47,371 bases of DNA from the NCBI GenBank assembly GCA_032718475.1, contig JAUCBJ010008108.1, positions 1-47,371 on the forward strand, read 5' to 3'. Shown in pieces: positions 12,001 to 24,722 of the stretch (its first letter is position 1; each line of letters opens with the position of its first letter). The notes under the pieces were generated by a model that saw only the letters and a list, made by a program, of their open reading frames with translations, ran no database searches and was not told the origin of the DNA. A program made the translations under genes and the position numbers. This stretch comes from Nemertoderma westbladi. Its lineage: Eukaryota; Animalia; Xenacoelomorpha.

Positions 12001-13815
12001 GGGGCGAGCGACAAAAGTAAGCGAGCTTAGCATACAGGTACCACTAACTCAATCAGTGTGTCTGTTGTTCTGTTGATCTGTTTATCTGTTGTTCTGTTGA
12101 TCTGTTGCTCTGTTGTTCTGTTGTGTCCAATTTTAAACGTTAATAACTCAGCCAAATCTCAATCAAATATATCAGTACATATGTAGTCTGGCAAAAGTTT
12201 AGAAATTTTCCAAGTTGAATTTGCGTGAGGTCTTCATCTTCGTGCAGCATCTGTGTAACTGTCTTACAGTTATAATAAATTTATCTACCCAAAAATTATT
12301 AGGCTTGGCATCAGCTGGTTGCTAGGAGACTAAATCAGCTGGGTTTCTGCCAAATTATGAAATTACAGTAATACCATTGTGGCCAGTCTGCCTGTACCGG
12401 TACTATACTCAATCCCTGAATCCAGGAATCTGGAATCAGACAATACTATTATACTGTATTCGGTGTTTTACGGTACTGGCTGACTGTTACCGTGGTACTG
12501 GTGCAGTGATTATAGATCACGTATACTGGTACAGGACAGGCCTAATTCTGTAATTCCTGAATTCCGTAGGCCCTAACTCACCATGCACTGCAGTGCGGAC
12601 TGACTGTTGGACTGCGGTCCTGAATTAGTTTAGAGGGTCCATTGGCGCCGTACCGCCCTACTACTGTCAGACTGTACGTACAACCGGCTGACCGGACCGG
12701 TAGCAACTGCCAACTACATGACTACCGGTACGGTACTCAACTACAACAGCACTACCGCATTTCCACGCTCCTGTCTGCTGTCAGCAATGAAAGAAAATTA
12801 ATTTTTTCGTTTACGGTTTCTGCTCTTGTTAACGGTTTAATTATGTTAATTAAAGACTACTGGACTATGTATTGGTACGACCGATGGCACCGGCAACTGA
12901 TATAATCAGATGTAGATATACATACCAATCTGCCATTACAACAATAGCAATAGGCCTACCCCTACCAACCATCCATCGACTCAGCAAACTGCAACCATGG
13001 AAGGTATGCGGACTAACCAGCTGACCGGCATTCTAAGTTCAGGTACCCACTACCAGAGTCTACCCAGCTGCCCAGAAAAGTGTTGGAATTGAAATCAAAC
13101 AACTCACCACCAAGTCCGCTTCTGTCTCTTGACCTCGACTTTTGGTATTGCTGCCGCTATGGGCAAACTGGACTAACCGTAACCAAGGATGAAATAATCC
13201 GGTTTTTTAATCTCACTCTGCCATCACACAGTGCCCGGCGGTGTTGAAATTGACACGCATAGTACAAGCAGTAGGCCTATTGCTGCAAGTTTCCGGCTGG
13301 TCGGGTGCAACTGCTGCATCTACATTGCCATACTATAACTCGGGGTCATGAGGACGAGTACTGAGTAGACTATATTCCTAAAAACCAAAACCATACCTGG
13401 CTTCGCCTATTGAACGCATCGGTAGATATAAAGATCGCCAGTCTGCGTTTAGGAAAGATATTTAAATACAAAACAGGACGAGCACAATGAGGCTTATAAT
13501 GAAGACGAGTACTGCATTGACTATATTATTATATAAACTACCTGGCTTCACATATTGAATGTGCGATTGGAAATAAGTTTGTGCTACCCTTCCGCCCTGT
13601 GGGTGGTAGATGTCGCGGTTATGTATTGGTTGGTAGGAGGGGGGGGGGGGGGGGGGGGGTTGCAGATTAAAAGGGCTGAACACGTACTGTCCCCCTTTCT
13701 TTGATTGATTGGCGGTATGGTAAAATTTCTCAAATACTGATTTTGTGATACAGTCGCTCAATTTTAATTTGTATCTCATAACTGGGCCTCGTCCTGCGCG
13801 AAGGCCCCACGAACG
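12001..13815. mobile_element. TGTA-site non-autonomous element, family 1, copy 1
   Basis: TGT|GGGGCGAGCGAC...CTGTT microsatellite...GGGCCTCGTCCTGCGCGAAGGCCCCACGAACG|TGTA. Removing the element and one TGT restores LINE codons EHFLYAC. Confidence 0.85.
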
Positions 13816-14028
13816 TGTATGCTTGTGGTTATAACCTGGTGCATGCTATTAACATTTTGATAAATGCAATATTTTCCCATTGTTATATGCCATCGTCTAT
13901 GACTAGTACCCATAGTGAAGAATAGAACCGGTGATCTTACTTGTAAAGACAACTATATCCACATATATTGCATTGCTATATCTACAGTATTCAGTAGGCT
14001 TATCGAAGAGCTTATATTGGAACGCTGT

Positions 14029-15264
14029 GAGGTGAGCGACGAAAGTAAGCGAGCTTAGCATACAGGTACCACTAACTCAATCGGTGTGTCTGTTGTTCTG
14101 TTGATCTGTTGTGTCCAATTTTAAACGTTAATAACTCAGCCAAATCTCGATAAAATATATCCAAACTTGGTACATATGTAGTCTGGCAAAAGTTTAGAAA
14201 TTTTCCAAGTAGAATTTGTGTGGGGTCTTCGTGCAACATCTGTGTAACTGTCTTACAGTTATAATAAATTAATCTACCCAAAAATTATTAGGCTTGGCAT
14301 CAGCTGGTTGCTAGGAGACTACAGGATTACAGTACGGTACCGGTACTGTTAACTGTTACAGTGGTACAGAGTTACTGGTACCGTCTTCAGGTCGTTGGTC
14401 GTTGGCAAGGCCATCTAAACATCTTCTTCATCTAAACAGCTTCCGACAGTCCGATGTATCTGGACCCGAGCAGCCAAGTGGCATCAAGATGCGATTAACT
14501 GAGGAATAAATACTACAGAATTTCTTGCTTGTCAGTAAGATTCTATTTACTACACTGGGAATACGGTGGTCAGTTGGATTGTAATGCGGGCCACTGCCAA
14601 GTTCCTCATGCCTCACTCAGGCCACCCACCTTGGAGTGTGGTGGGAAGAGTCCGACTTACGTCGACGACTGGACGAATCGATGAGGTTTGCGATTTGGGT
14701 TTAGCGGCGGCCCGGACAGCCGGATCCTGGGATCGCCTGGGGGAAATTGTTGAAAGTTGGCAGACATGTATCGCACCAGATTACATTCTCTGCCACGCGA
14801 AAGTGTGAGGCGAATTCGTTGTCGAATTTGGTCGGAAGGTGCGGGAATTCTACTGTTCTACGGGTATAAACCGCAGCTGTCCGGTGACTACGGACGGATA
14901 CTGGGATGAGCAGGTATTTCGATAGAGTTTCTCGTATTCTCAATTTTCTCGAATTCTCGATATTTCCTATAAACCACATGGCTTCGCATATTGAACGTGT
15001 GATTGGAAATAAGTTTGTGCTACCCTTCCACCCATTGGGTGATAGATGTCGCGGTTATGTATTGGTTGGTAGGAAGGGGGGGGGGGGGGGGGGGGGTGGG
15101 GTGAGGGGGTCCAGATTAAAAGGGCTGAACACGTACTGTCCCCCTTTCTTTGATTGATTGTCGGTATGGTTAAATTTCTCAAATACTGATTTTGTGATAC
15201 AGTCGCTCAATTTTAATTTGTATCTCATAACTGGGCCTCGTCCTGCGCGAAGGCCCCACGAACG
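14029..15264. mobile_element. TGTA-site non-autonomous element, family 1, copy 2
   Basis: Shares ~300 bp at each end with copy 1 but has a different interior. Removal restores LINE codons LERCIDC. Confidence 0.85.
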
Positions 15265-16509
15265 TGTATAGATTGCTTGGCAACTTCTAATAATTGTAAA
15301 ACCTCATGTCTGGCTGGACTCCCGAGGGGATAATAATAATCCATGTAAATATCATATATTCAATATAATACGTTTATATAATACTGTAAGTATATCAGGA
15401 CTATGGATACAATGTATAAAATATAGGCCATGTAACAGGGTACTAGAGTATGGTAATAACAATAACAAATAACACCACCACCATACAACAATAGTCAATA
15501 TTGATGGGTCTATTCCAATAATCAATCTAATAAATCTATATCTGGTACTGAAACATGCATTTACACTTTAAAAGAGATAGTACATTATTATCTAGCACCT
15601 AACTCGAATGCGTCTATGTATGCATGCTAGACGCCTCTAAAGCATTTGATCGCATAAATCACTATAAACTTTTCGATAAGCTTCTGGGTCGTGGTGTTCC
15701 AATTTACATAATTAGTTTAATAAAATACTGGTATCCTAATCCAGTCATTACGAGTTTGTTGGGGTGGGGTTCTCTCTGCATCTCTGTCGAGTAACTAACG
15801 GTACTTGGCTGGTGGTACTCTTTCGCCTTTATTCTATAATATTTATGTTGATGGTCTTAGCTGTGCTTTAAACAATAGTGGTTTAGGATGTATGATCGAT
15901 AATATTAGAACTTATCACTTACTGTACGCGGATTATCTTTTTCTGCTCTCTAACTCTATTTTTGGACTTCAGAAACGAGTACAAATTGCAGTAGAATTTG
16001 CAAACAATAACTCAATAATTTTTAATGTAAAAAGACCAAGTGTCTATATGTCATACCAAAATCATTTTCACTTGTGCAAAAATTGAACTTTATGGTACTC
16101 TTATTCCTATAGTAGATTCATTTACATACTCAGGTCATATCTTAACATCATCGACTGATGATGAGGTTGATAGGACTATCAATTGCATTCACTTCACGCT
16201 AGAGCCAATACTTCAGTTAGGAAGTTTTACAATGCCTTGGTAGCTGATTATTTCGTGCATATTTTACTCCGATTTATTGTAATAGCCTGTGGGCGTGGAG
16301 GAATTACTCACAATGTATGTTTGACAAAATTAGAGTTGCTTATAACAACTGCTAACTATTTTTCAATATACCTTGTCTAACTAACGATGAACCAACCAGC
16401 ATGTCGCTATTTTTTGGTAGTATGAATTTGCCACTGTTTTGCCATATCCGCAACACTACTACTACTAGGATCGGCATGCTGCATTGCAGCTGCATTTTTA
16501 AGAATGCTG

Positions 16510-16760
16510 TGCCGGCTTGTCGACAAAATTGCGCCGCCACAATTCCCTATCACCCATGACATTTGCTAGCATCTTCAAGGCCAGTGTCCTTTAAGATGCG
16601 TCTCAAGAAAGTCATGGGCTGTCCACCAAGCTAATTATCATGAGGCTGCCAAAGTACAAGATTATGCACTGGCTGGTCCTCACGGCAAAAGCAATGTCCT
16701 GCGAAGCAACAATATATCCGCAACAAGTCGTCCCGCAGTCTATTACATAGGATCACTGGT
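16510..16760 (-). mobile_element. RTE-clade LINE 3' remnant
   Basis: Minus strand reads FAGHCFCREDQPVHNLVLWQP...LKDTGL...MGDRELW, a typical RTE C-terminus. Homologous to 41610-41760. Confidence 0.7.
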
Positions 16761-16933
16761 ACTACGAACCACATCCTTTGCACTGTTTACACTGTCTGCA
16801 GGCCTGAGTCTCGCATTTTTCCCCATGAAGCTATCATGTGATTTTAATATAAATGTTTTAATAATTGTACTTTAAGTAGGGATTTTTTTTTTCGTTTTTT
16901 TTTGTATTATAATACTATTCTGTGCTGTACTGT

Positions 16934-17546
16934 GGGGCGAGACACGTAGTCGGCGAGCCTTGGCATACGGTTCATATAGGGTAAATGGGGCATGTCCGTC
17001 TGTCTGTCTGTCCGTCCGTCTGTCTGGTAAATGTTTGAACGCGAATTTCTCGGCATCGCTGGTTCGGAATTGAACCAAACTTAGTAGGCAAGTAGTAGAG
17101 AGAAAGTTTAGAAAGTTTGTAAAGTTTGGTGAAAAATCATGCAGTCTGACGTCAGCTACGACAGATTTTGTGGTTTTTAGAAAATGTTAAATTTCTCGGG
17201 AAGGCCTCATTTTCCTGAGCTGAAATTTTGGTGGCCTGTAGAGAATCATGAAGTCTATCTTTTACGAAATTGAAAAGTTAAGACATTTAATTGGGGATCC
17301 GCTAGAGACTCAGAAGTAATGACATAGGCCTACCGGTACGGTACTGCTGTACAGTGCTGCACTGGTAAGTACAAAATTGCAGAATAACAATTTGACACCA
17401 CCTAGCGGATTAACATATGATTGTATATCGAATGAATACATTTATAGCATGGGATATGGGGTTCAAACTAGACATGCCCCATTTGCTCTATATGAACCGT
17501 ATGCCAAGGCTTGCCGACTACGTGCTGCGCGAAGTCCCCACGAACG
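16934..17546. mobile_element. TGTA-site non-autonomous element, family 2 (54-bp subterminal inverted repeats, GTCY microsatellite)
   Basis: TGT|GGGGCGAG start and CCCCACGAACG|TGTA end. Inverted repeat 16943-16996 versus 17471-17524, with (GTCT/GTCC)n after the left arm. Confidence 0.85.
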
Positions 17547-17649
17547 TGTAGTTGTAGTGTATGTGAACTGTAGATATGTGCCTCCTGGTGCAGTGTAAAG
17601 AACAAATAAAATAATAACACAAACAAAAACATAAAATTTGCCTCGAGAT

Positions 17650-18330
17650 AGTGACATTGCTCTTGCTCTTGATGAGAGCTTTCTCTGATTGTTGCTTGTG
17701 TGTGGAAATTAATAGCTTGAACTAGGCAGAGACAAACAGAGACAGGCAGGTGAGATTTCTATAATGACCACCTGTGGTTGGCTTTGTAAAATTGGATCTA
17801 GTAGATAATATACTCCCATCAGTGGATGTGTGGCAAGTGGTTGCTGCCCTACGAGTCAATGCAGTTGTGTAGGAGCTACAGTAGTCGACCATGTTACAGG
17901 CAAGTAGGTCGTGCTTAAATATCGGAACCATAGCAGAGTGTTTATGCAGATGACTTATCTGTAGCTGATAAGGTTACCCATCTTCACAGTTGGTGGGATG
18001 AAGTGTGTCTGGTTGACTCCCAGAACAAATTAAGTTTGTTAAACCTAATTATCAGGAGGAGACAAGGGAGTGGTTTAGGGATATGGCTATCCAGATTGTT
18101 GGTAGGCACCAGTTCCTTGGGGGGTTATTGGTGATCCTTCAACCAGGAAAGTGTTCGTGGAGAAGAAGTTTGTTGAAGATAAAATCTCAGCTGTTACAAA
18201 TGACTACCCACAGTCTACCCATACAGTCATATCCAATCCATGTGTGTTCAAGCAGAGTGTGATTATCTTATTTAGGTTGTTCCAACTAATTGTGAAGACC
18301 TCACACTGGGCAGTGGGCAGCCCTGCTCCG
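17650..18330 (+). mobile_element. Degenerate CRE-like non-LTR RT fragment
   Basis: VYADDLSVADKVTHLHSWWDEV...LGVIGDPSTRKVFVEKK...YPQS resembles the YADD..L..WW / IG....FV..K / PQ.A pattern of CRE-clade RTs. Confidence 0.5.
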
Positions 18331-18409
18331 TGATTTCATTCCCGCCCTTTTCGGAACCACTCTTAACCACACCAAGGAAGACCTTGTTGTTATCCCCGCT
18401 TGTAACTAT

Positions 18410-19100
18410 TATAGATAATTTTATACAAGAATGGCGGGGTAAGATTGATGCATCGCCGAAGGGCGAGTTGTATGTTAGAGTCTCTTTTCATTCTGGGAAT
18501 TACCTTTTTCACCTAAAAGACAAACCAACCCTTCGCAATGCATTATCTCGGTTTAAATATATAATGTAAATAGGACAATATGATAATGCTCGCTCTCCAT
18601 AGTGAAAAATATCAACTTTGGGGCTCGAACCCGGTACCTAGGTTTCAAACTTCTGGATATCAACAGCCGGGGTGAGTGTACTGTGCTTCCAGGCCGGACG
18701 AATATATTTTTCGCAATGGAGAGCATTATCATATTGTCCTATTTACATTACATATCTAATTCACCCCGTCACTCACCCCACAACAATTCATTTATTATCT
18801 CGGTTTAGTTGCGGTTCGCATGACCTGCACATAGAGACTGCTAGGTGGCACCATGTGCCACGTAATGAACGTTTTTGTCAGATCTGTTCAATAAATGTGG
18901 TGGAAGATGAGTTTCATTTTTTGCTGGTTTGTCCTGCCTATCAAACTATTCGCAACATTTTCATAGCTCCATTGATACGTTTCACGTTTTCCTTCCCTCT
19001 TTAAATTTGGGAAGATTATGTGCCTTCGCCGAATGTAATAACAAATCTATCCCTATTCATTTATAAAGCTCTGAAATTACGTAAAAATGCTTTAGAGGTA
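18410..19100 (+). mobile_element. LINE 3' end (RTE-X-like C-terminal zinc finger), interrupted by a 238-bp insertion
   Basis: RNALSRF|SCGSHDLHIETARW...FCQIC...EDEFHFLLVCPAY. Confidence 0.75.
18556..18793. mobile_element. 238-bp insertion with a 14-bp TSD and a ~55-bp internal inverted repeat
   Basis: ATTATCTCGGTTTA at 18542-18555 and 18794-18807. Arms AATGTAAATAGGACAATATGATAATGCTC and GAGCATTATCATATTGTCCTATTTACATT. Confidence 0.85.
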
Positions 19101-19429
19101 ACTACTTAGACATATCCCCCCCCCCCCCTTCCCTTCATTTCCTCTATTTGTAATTGTTTCACTCTAGTAATTAATATTTACTGTATACGAATTTTTGTAA
19201 TGAAATACGTAATGTTTAACAACTGGTTAAAGGTTTGTAAAATTAGAATTGTGGCGCTGGGTACTATATATTTGTGCATTATAATTATGTCACTTTTTAG
19301 CCTATAGTTGATACGATTGCTCAGTTTACTTTCAGTATCCTATTTCAGTTATCTATCGTTGTAGTAACTAATGCCAACATTGGCACATTGTGCATGTTGT
19401 CTAATAATATATTATATTACTATAATCAC

Positions 19430-19573
19430 CTGTAACAGCTGTTAAATCTATCACTTGAAACCGAACCGAAACTCTACCATCGCATCCACAAGTGCGCTCC
19501 AGTGGAATGGCAGCATCATTACAACTCTCCTTGAACCAATAATTTGGTCTACGAAACCCAATCATGCCAGGAG
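19430..19573 (-). CDS. NCX: NCX gene B exon 6: start of Calx-beta CBD2 (APGMIGFRRPNYWFKESC...TAVT)
   Basis: The AG acceptor phase (1) matches the previous exon and the sequence fits the Calx-beta pattern. The GTGATT donor at the 3' end is slightly uncertain. Confidence 0.8.
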
Positions 19574-20003
19574 CTTCAAAAAACAAATGTTTAATATATA
19601 CAGTAAGAGCAATAAATGACACAGTAGCCTAGTTCTACAGTATGACGTGACCTCTGCAATTATATAAATTAAATGATGTTTAATAGTTGTACATGTTCCA
19701 CATGTTATTTATTATAATATAATATTTACTTGTTTGAAGTAACATAGCGTTATGTGGAAGTAATTTTGTTATATATCCATTTATATAAAATTAGTGATAT
19801 CCTGTTTTGAAAATCATACAGGAAAAGGACATAAAGATAGAAATACCACAATAATTGTTATAAATTTATAGGTCAAGGCTAGGCCTAGCTTATCAATATT
19901 GCAACAAACTTTAAAAGTAATAAAATGATAATTATTAAAATAATTAAAATGTAAATTTATTTTTTATTATTTTAAATTAAAATTATAAACGTAATCATTA
20001 AAA

Positions 20004-21713
20004 GGCTCATTCCATGTAAAGTGCGGGACATTCGTACGACTTTTTGTGCATACTTTGGAAAACTTTAAAAATTACGGCATGTATTATATATATAATTAAT
20101 AGGCCTCCAACATACGGCTAAGCGGGCTTTAATATGCCATTCCAGCATTCCAATATTGCGATACGTAATGTAACAAAGTTTTTCCTTTTCCTTTCTCAAA
20201 ATTGGAGCAAAAAACATTGCTCTGCCACCACTGGCAATGGCAGTAGAAATGGAGTAGAAAAACAAATAGAGGCCAACATAGTGCATAGTAGGCACGGCGA
20301 TAGCAAATTTGTTTGTATCATTTGTTTGTAGCCTAAGCCCTAGTACAGCGTGGCTCCTACTTGCTGTATATTATTACCTCCGGGCAGTTCAATATTATTT
20401 TACGCTTATGTTAAATTACCATTAAGTGCGCTGTAGGGGTAATGTAATACTAATTAGATAGCCAGATTAGACCTGGAACTGTAGTGCACCCATAAAACCG
20501 TTAATAAATAGTAGCGTATCATGTACGGTCTAGGCCGTGGCATATTGGAGATTGTATTATGCTCCACCCAGGAAGGGGTTAATGGCAGGCCTACAAAATA
20601 TTATTCAGACTATGAAAAAACTAATAAAAATAGGAATTAAAATATTGAGGATATTTTACTGAAATATATGTGATCTTCATGAATTTTTTCATAGTGTCTT
20701 AATATCAGATATTGATATGAAGTTATTATGTCTGTTATGATTATTTCAGTTGAAGTTCTTCCATATATGTAAGTACACGCTTTCTCTACTTCCTTTGATA
20801 TTTCTCCTTTTTGTCCCGCACTTTACGTAAAGTGCGGGACACCTTTTTACCACATAACACGAAACACCACAAACAATCTAAGTACTCCAGATTAAAGATA
20901 CATTGTGCTTTGCAAACGACATAACATCATTCTATTATTATATATTTATTATAGAAGTGATCTAGGGGTAGTGTACAAATTTGAACACTACTACCCGGTT
21001 AAAAAGTACGCATGTGATGGGATTAGTCCTACAATTGCGCCAATAAAAGATAAGTTATTTTCGGTAAAATAAACTTATCATTCGAGGTTAATCCCTCCCT
21101 TCCTATAATAAATGTATAATAACAAACACCTCGAAAAATACAGCTTGCCAACACATTGTTACTATCAATAATAAATCATTCTATTATAATATGTCTATCC
21201 TGTACAAATAAAATATGGTGTTCAGCGTAAATTGCGGGACATTATGATGTAAGTTGAATTTGGGCAATGAATTTTTAGATACAAAGTTATTTCATATGCA
21301 CTATATAACACTTTTTATTATCCTGGTGCTAATTTTTACTAGTTACTCTTTTAGATATGGCATTTTTTAGCTGAATTAAAAAATTATTATTATTATTTAA
21401 TTGACAGCAAATGATTTCATTAGAAAATATGATTGTGTTGCTTGGAAAAGTACTCTATTACGTTGCCTTCTGCCTAAAGCTACTCATAAAACACGGTTGT
21501 CATATTATGCACTTAGTTCACTGTATTTTTGCAGTTTTAAACGGTAAGGGCGAATAACACCAGATTTCAGAAAGTTAACCAAATTTGATGCAGTTTTTTA
21601 TATTAAATTTGTAAATCGCATCATAATATATTGGTTCTGAAAATTGATATGAGAAGCAATAATTCACTTTTTTCAAAATTGGCACTGCGGTTGACATTTG
21701 CGTGGAATGAGCC
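20004..21713. mobile_element. Non-autonomous TIR element with a 4-bp AAAA TSD (possibly Sola-like)
   Basis: TIRs GGCTCATTCCATGTAAA and GGCTCATTCCACGCAAA (reverse complement). An internal GTAAA(G/T)TGCGGGACA motif recurs at ~20016, 20827 and 21227, including a 30-bp perfect palindrome at 20812-20841. Confidence 0.7.
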
Positions 21714-21744
21714 AAAAATAGAATTAAACCAATAAACCACTCAC

Positions 21745-21974
21745 CATCGTTATCTATAATGGTGACTGCGCAACTCTGTGTCCGACCGATGATTGCTCTT
21801 CCTTCCACAACGGACGATAATTTCACGATGAATACCTCATCCGGCTCCCAAATGTTATCATCGATAATATTTATAACAATCTCTTCCCGAGTGATTCCCT
21901 CCCCGATTTCCAGTATTCCACTGGCAGCGACGTAATCCTCTCCAGCTACTGCCGTCTCATCTTCAGTATGGTAT
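21745..21974 (-). CDS. NCX: NCX gene B exon 5: Calx-beta CBD1 C-terminal half
   Basis: YHTEDETAVAGEDY...IIDDNIWEPDEVF...VTIIDND with a CAG acceptor and GTGAGT donor. Confidence 0.92.
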
Positions 21975-22361
21975 CTGTACAATAAGAAATGTTTGTTTAT
22001 ATAAACTACCAATACTATTAGCTTACCATTAAACTACCAAACTAACTGACTGTCTTATCGACCATAGGATCATATTGAATTTTTATTAAAGTTTTTACAT
22101 ACAATTTATTTCTTTATTATATTAAAAATGATTATTCAACATGATTAAAGTTACCTCTGGATTCGAGGTTGCCAACATTTCTCTAATTTTTAAACATGTA
22201 GAGTAACCTTTTGTACTTCAGATTAAAATTTATAAAACAAAAAACAGTTACAACAAGACACAGACACAACAATAAGGTTGACATATGTAACAAGCTATAA
22301 GTTAATACCATATAAATTCAAAAATTATAGAGACAATGTACATTAGTGACATCCAACTAAC

Positions 22362-22528
22362 CTCACTATTACCCTGTTGTCTTTACGACCGTAGCGTCTC
22401 ACTCCTATAATTATCTTTCCCTGATTTTCTTTGATACTGTATCTCGGAGCAGAGAATTCAACCACAGCTCGGGTGTTTCCCACTGTCCTGTCGGCTTTAC
22501 CTTTCCATGCCAATAACATTTCTTTGTG
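22362..22528 (-). CDS. NCX: NCX gene B exon 4: CBD1 N-terminal half (HKEMLLAW...VEFSAPRYSIKENQGKIIIGVRRYG...VIVR)
   Basis: Not in the ORF track. Fits Calx-beta F...Y...EN.G...V.R.G. Phase 0 acceptor (AAG) and phase 2 GTTAGT donor match the neighbouring exons. Confidence 0.85.
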
Positions 22529-23344
22529 CTTGTAAGGAACACAATTGTTTTATTCTTTAATTGATACTTTTTCGGTCGAATATACGACAAAATCGGGACA
22601 AAAGGGTGCATTGATTGTAAGTAATTTGATTCACAAACTCAAAAGTCATTGCAACTTTAGTGTCTGCAAGGCGAACTCCAAAACGTAACTCAATATCCAA
22701 TATTGGTTTATGTAGTGAAGCGGCTCTCTAGTTTCATAATAAATATTCGAAAACATTAAATTATTTAAATTGTGTAAGGCAGCAACAGGTGTTAAGGAGT
22801 GCACTAATTTGTATCGCATAACTATGGAAGCAATAAACTATAAAAAATATAAAATGCTACAGTTTAGTTTATATTGTAACTGTAACACTATATCGCTCGA
22901 GCTTTTACTAAATAATTAAACAACTAAAAGTAAAAAAAACTTAACATTTTTTTAGAACATTTTAGAACATTTAAGAACATTTTTTAAAAATATTCTCTCG
23001 ACCTTTTATTCCATGCTGGCACTCGGTAAATAAAACGCCTCGGGAATAGTGAAAAAAAGTTATACATTTAACAAAATAAATTAGTAAAATAAAAAAAAAC
23101 ATAATACGTAATTTTTAATAGATTTGATTGGCTGCAAACGGTACAGCTATTAGCTATTGTATTTAAACTACAATTAGCAATTCAATAATTTGTAAGTGTC
23201 CAACAGAATAACGTATAAGGCCTGTTGAAAGTCTTCTACTTGGCAACCAAAATGCGTTTTATATAGGTAGAAGTATCCTAGAGGGAATTTTTGCCCTTTC
23301 GGCATAACTTTGAAGAATTTTCTACAACGAAATCATCTAGACAT

Positions 23345-23900
23345 CTAGCCAACATATTTGTAGACTTCTTCAAAGCCTTCCATTATGTTTCCTACCTAAC
23401 CATGATGAAGATATCTTTGGAGCCTCCGGGATCCCCAATGAGATAATTGATGCAATAAAATCACTGTATGATGGTTTCACAAAGTTTATCTCTACTACAG
23501 ATGGAGTTTCAGACCTATTTAAAGTGTTATGGGGTGTCATTCAACGTGAAACGCCTCCTTTCCTCTTCATTATTGTGGTGGACTATGTTCAACCAGCCAG
23601 TCATACTAGACATAGATGAAACCTACCAGAGAAAGGATGGACCTGAAATTTACTGATGATCTTAATGGAGCTCAAAGTCTACTCAGCTGTCTAGAACAAG
23701 CAGCAACCAATGTAGGTCTATTTGTTGATGTCAAAAGACCAAATCCTAATTTAGATTCTCCCAGCAGGTGATCGTCTTTCAGTGTGTTCAGTCATTGGAT
23801 GGCCTGGTTGGTCACGCATAAGAATTATGTTACACATGGTCTTTGGATTCGGAGATCTGTTGAAGACCTCCAAATACAAAAGGACAAGGCAGTGCCTCAA
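23345..23900 (+). mobile_element. Degenerate RTE-clade RT fragment
   Basis: IFVDFFKAF...EIIDAIKSLYDG...TTDGVSDLF...FLFIIVVDYV with frameshifts. Confidence 0.65.
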
Positions 23901-24722
23901 TTAAAACACTAGCAAGGGTATGTAAATTTCCTTAATCAAAGTTTTCGTGTAAGTAAGTTTATTCCAGCTGATTGTTCTGCTATTTGCTAATTTACCTGTT
24001 CTGCTCCTTACTGCTGTTGACATTCCTGAAATTTCTGCTAAATGCCAATGATCATGAAAATCCAGATAAGTTAGGGATTTACAAGGATGACTGTGAACTG
24101 TGGGGGTTTTGCATTGCGGAGCCAACAGGCGATGCATGATAGTGGTGTGGCCGATGTATGTAATTTCAGTTTTCCTTCCATAAATATAACATATACATAA
24201 TAAAATGATAAAATACATTTATATATATCATATGGGGGTTTAAAGCTCCATATTTCAGCTTCTTCAACACTCGCAATAAAATTGACTGACTTCCGGACTT
24301 TAATTAATGATATCAGAATCAAATTCTCCAGCATATTTAACTCAAGCATTCTAGAACAATCCAGAATTCATAACAACAACATGGAAACTCACAGCGAAAC
24401 CGCCATATAATCACCAGAATGACATCTCAATGTTCAAAAAATTTACGACAACACATCTTACCACCCCCCCCCCCCCCCCACCCTCCCTTTAACCGGATGC
24501 ATCTGCAAATTCTGAGTCGGCCTCGTCGGTGATAAATACCACTCCTTTAGTTGCTCGCAATGACCCTCCCTGTCTGCCTTATCTATCTTTCAAGATATTT
24601 ATTTTAAACAATTTTATAATAATTAATAAACCTTTTTTACACGTTTTAGACAATTTTTATACATTTGACCCGCTTGGAGCGTATATTTAATAATTGTATG
24701 GGGGTTTCAATCTACCTATATC

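Larger units (their letters stand above)
11512..16380 (+). mobile_element. Degenerate non-LTR retrotransposon (RTE-X-like RT), split by three insertions
   Basis: Collinear fragments: ARFKQARRQC; GPDGIMAEHFL|YAC; PIVKNRTGDLTCKDNY; LILERC|IDCLATSNN; LDASKAFDRINH; GGTLSPLFYNIYVD; HLLYADY. Stops and frameshifts are present. Confidence 0.8.

Noticed and set aside
13616-13658. Poly-G/C tracts as functional G-quadruplexes
   Set aside because: These homopolymers lie mostly inside repeats throughout the window, and nothing in the sequence supports a function.
23901-24349. Possible additional NCX/Calx-beta exon (FHDHWHLAEISG...RTGKL)
   Set aside because: The resemblance is weak, and exon 22362-22528 already supplies the CBD1 start in the correct phase.
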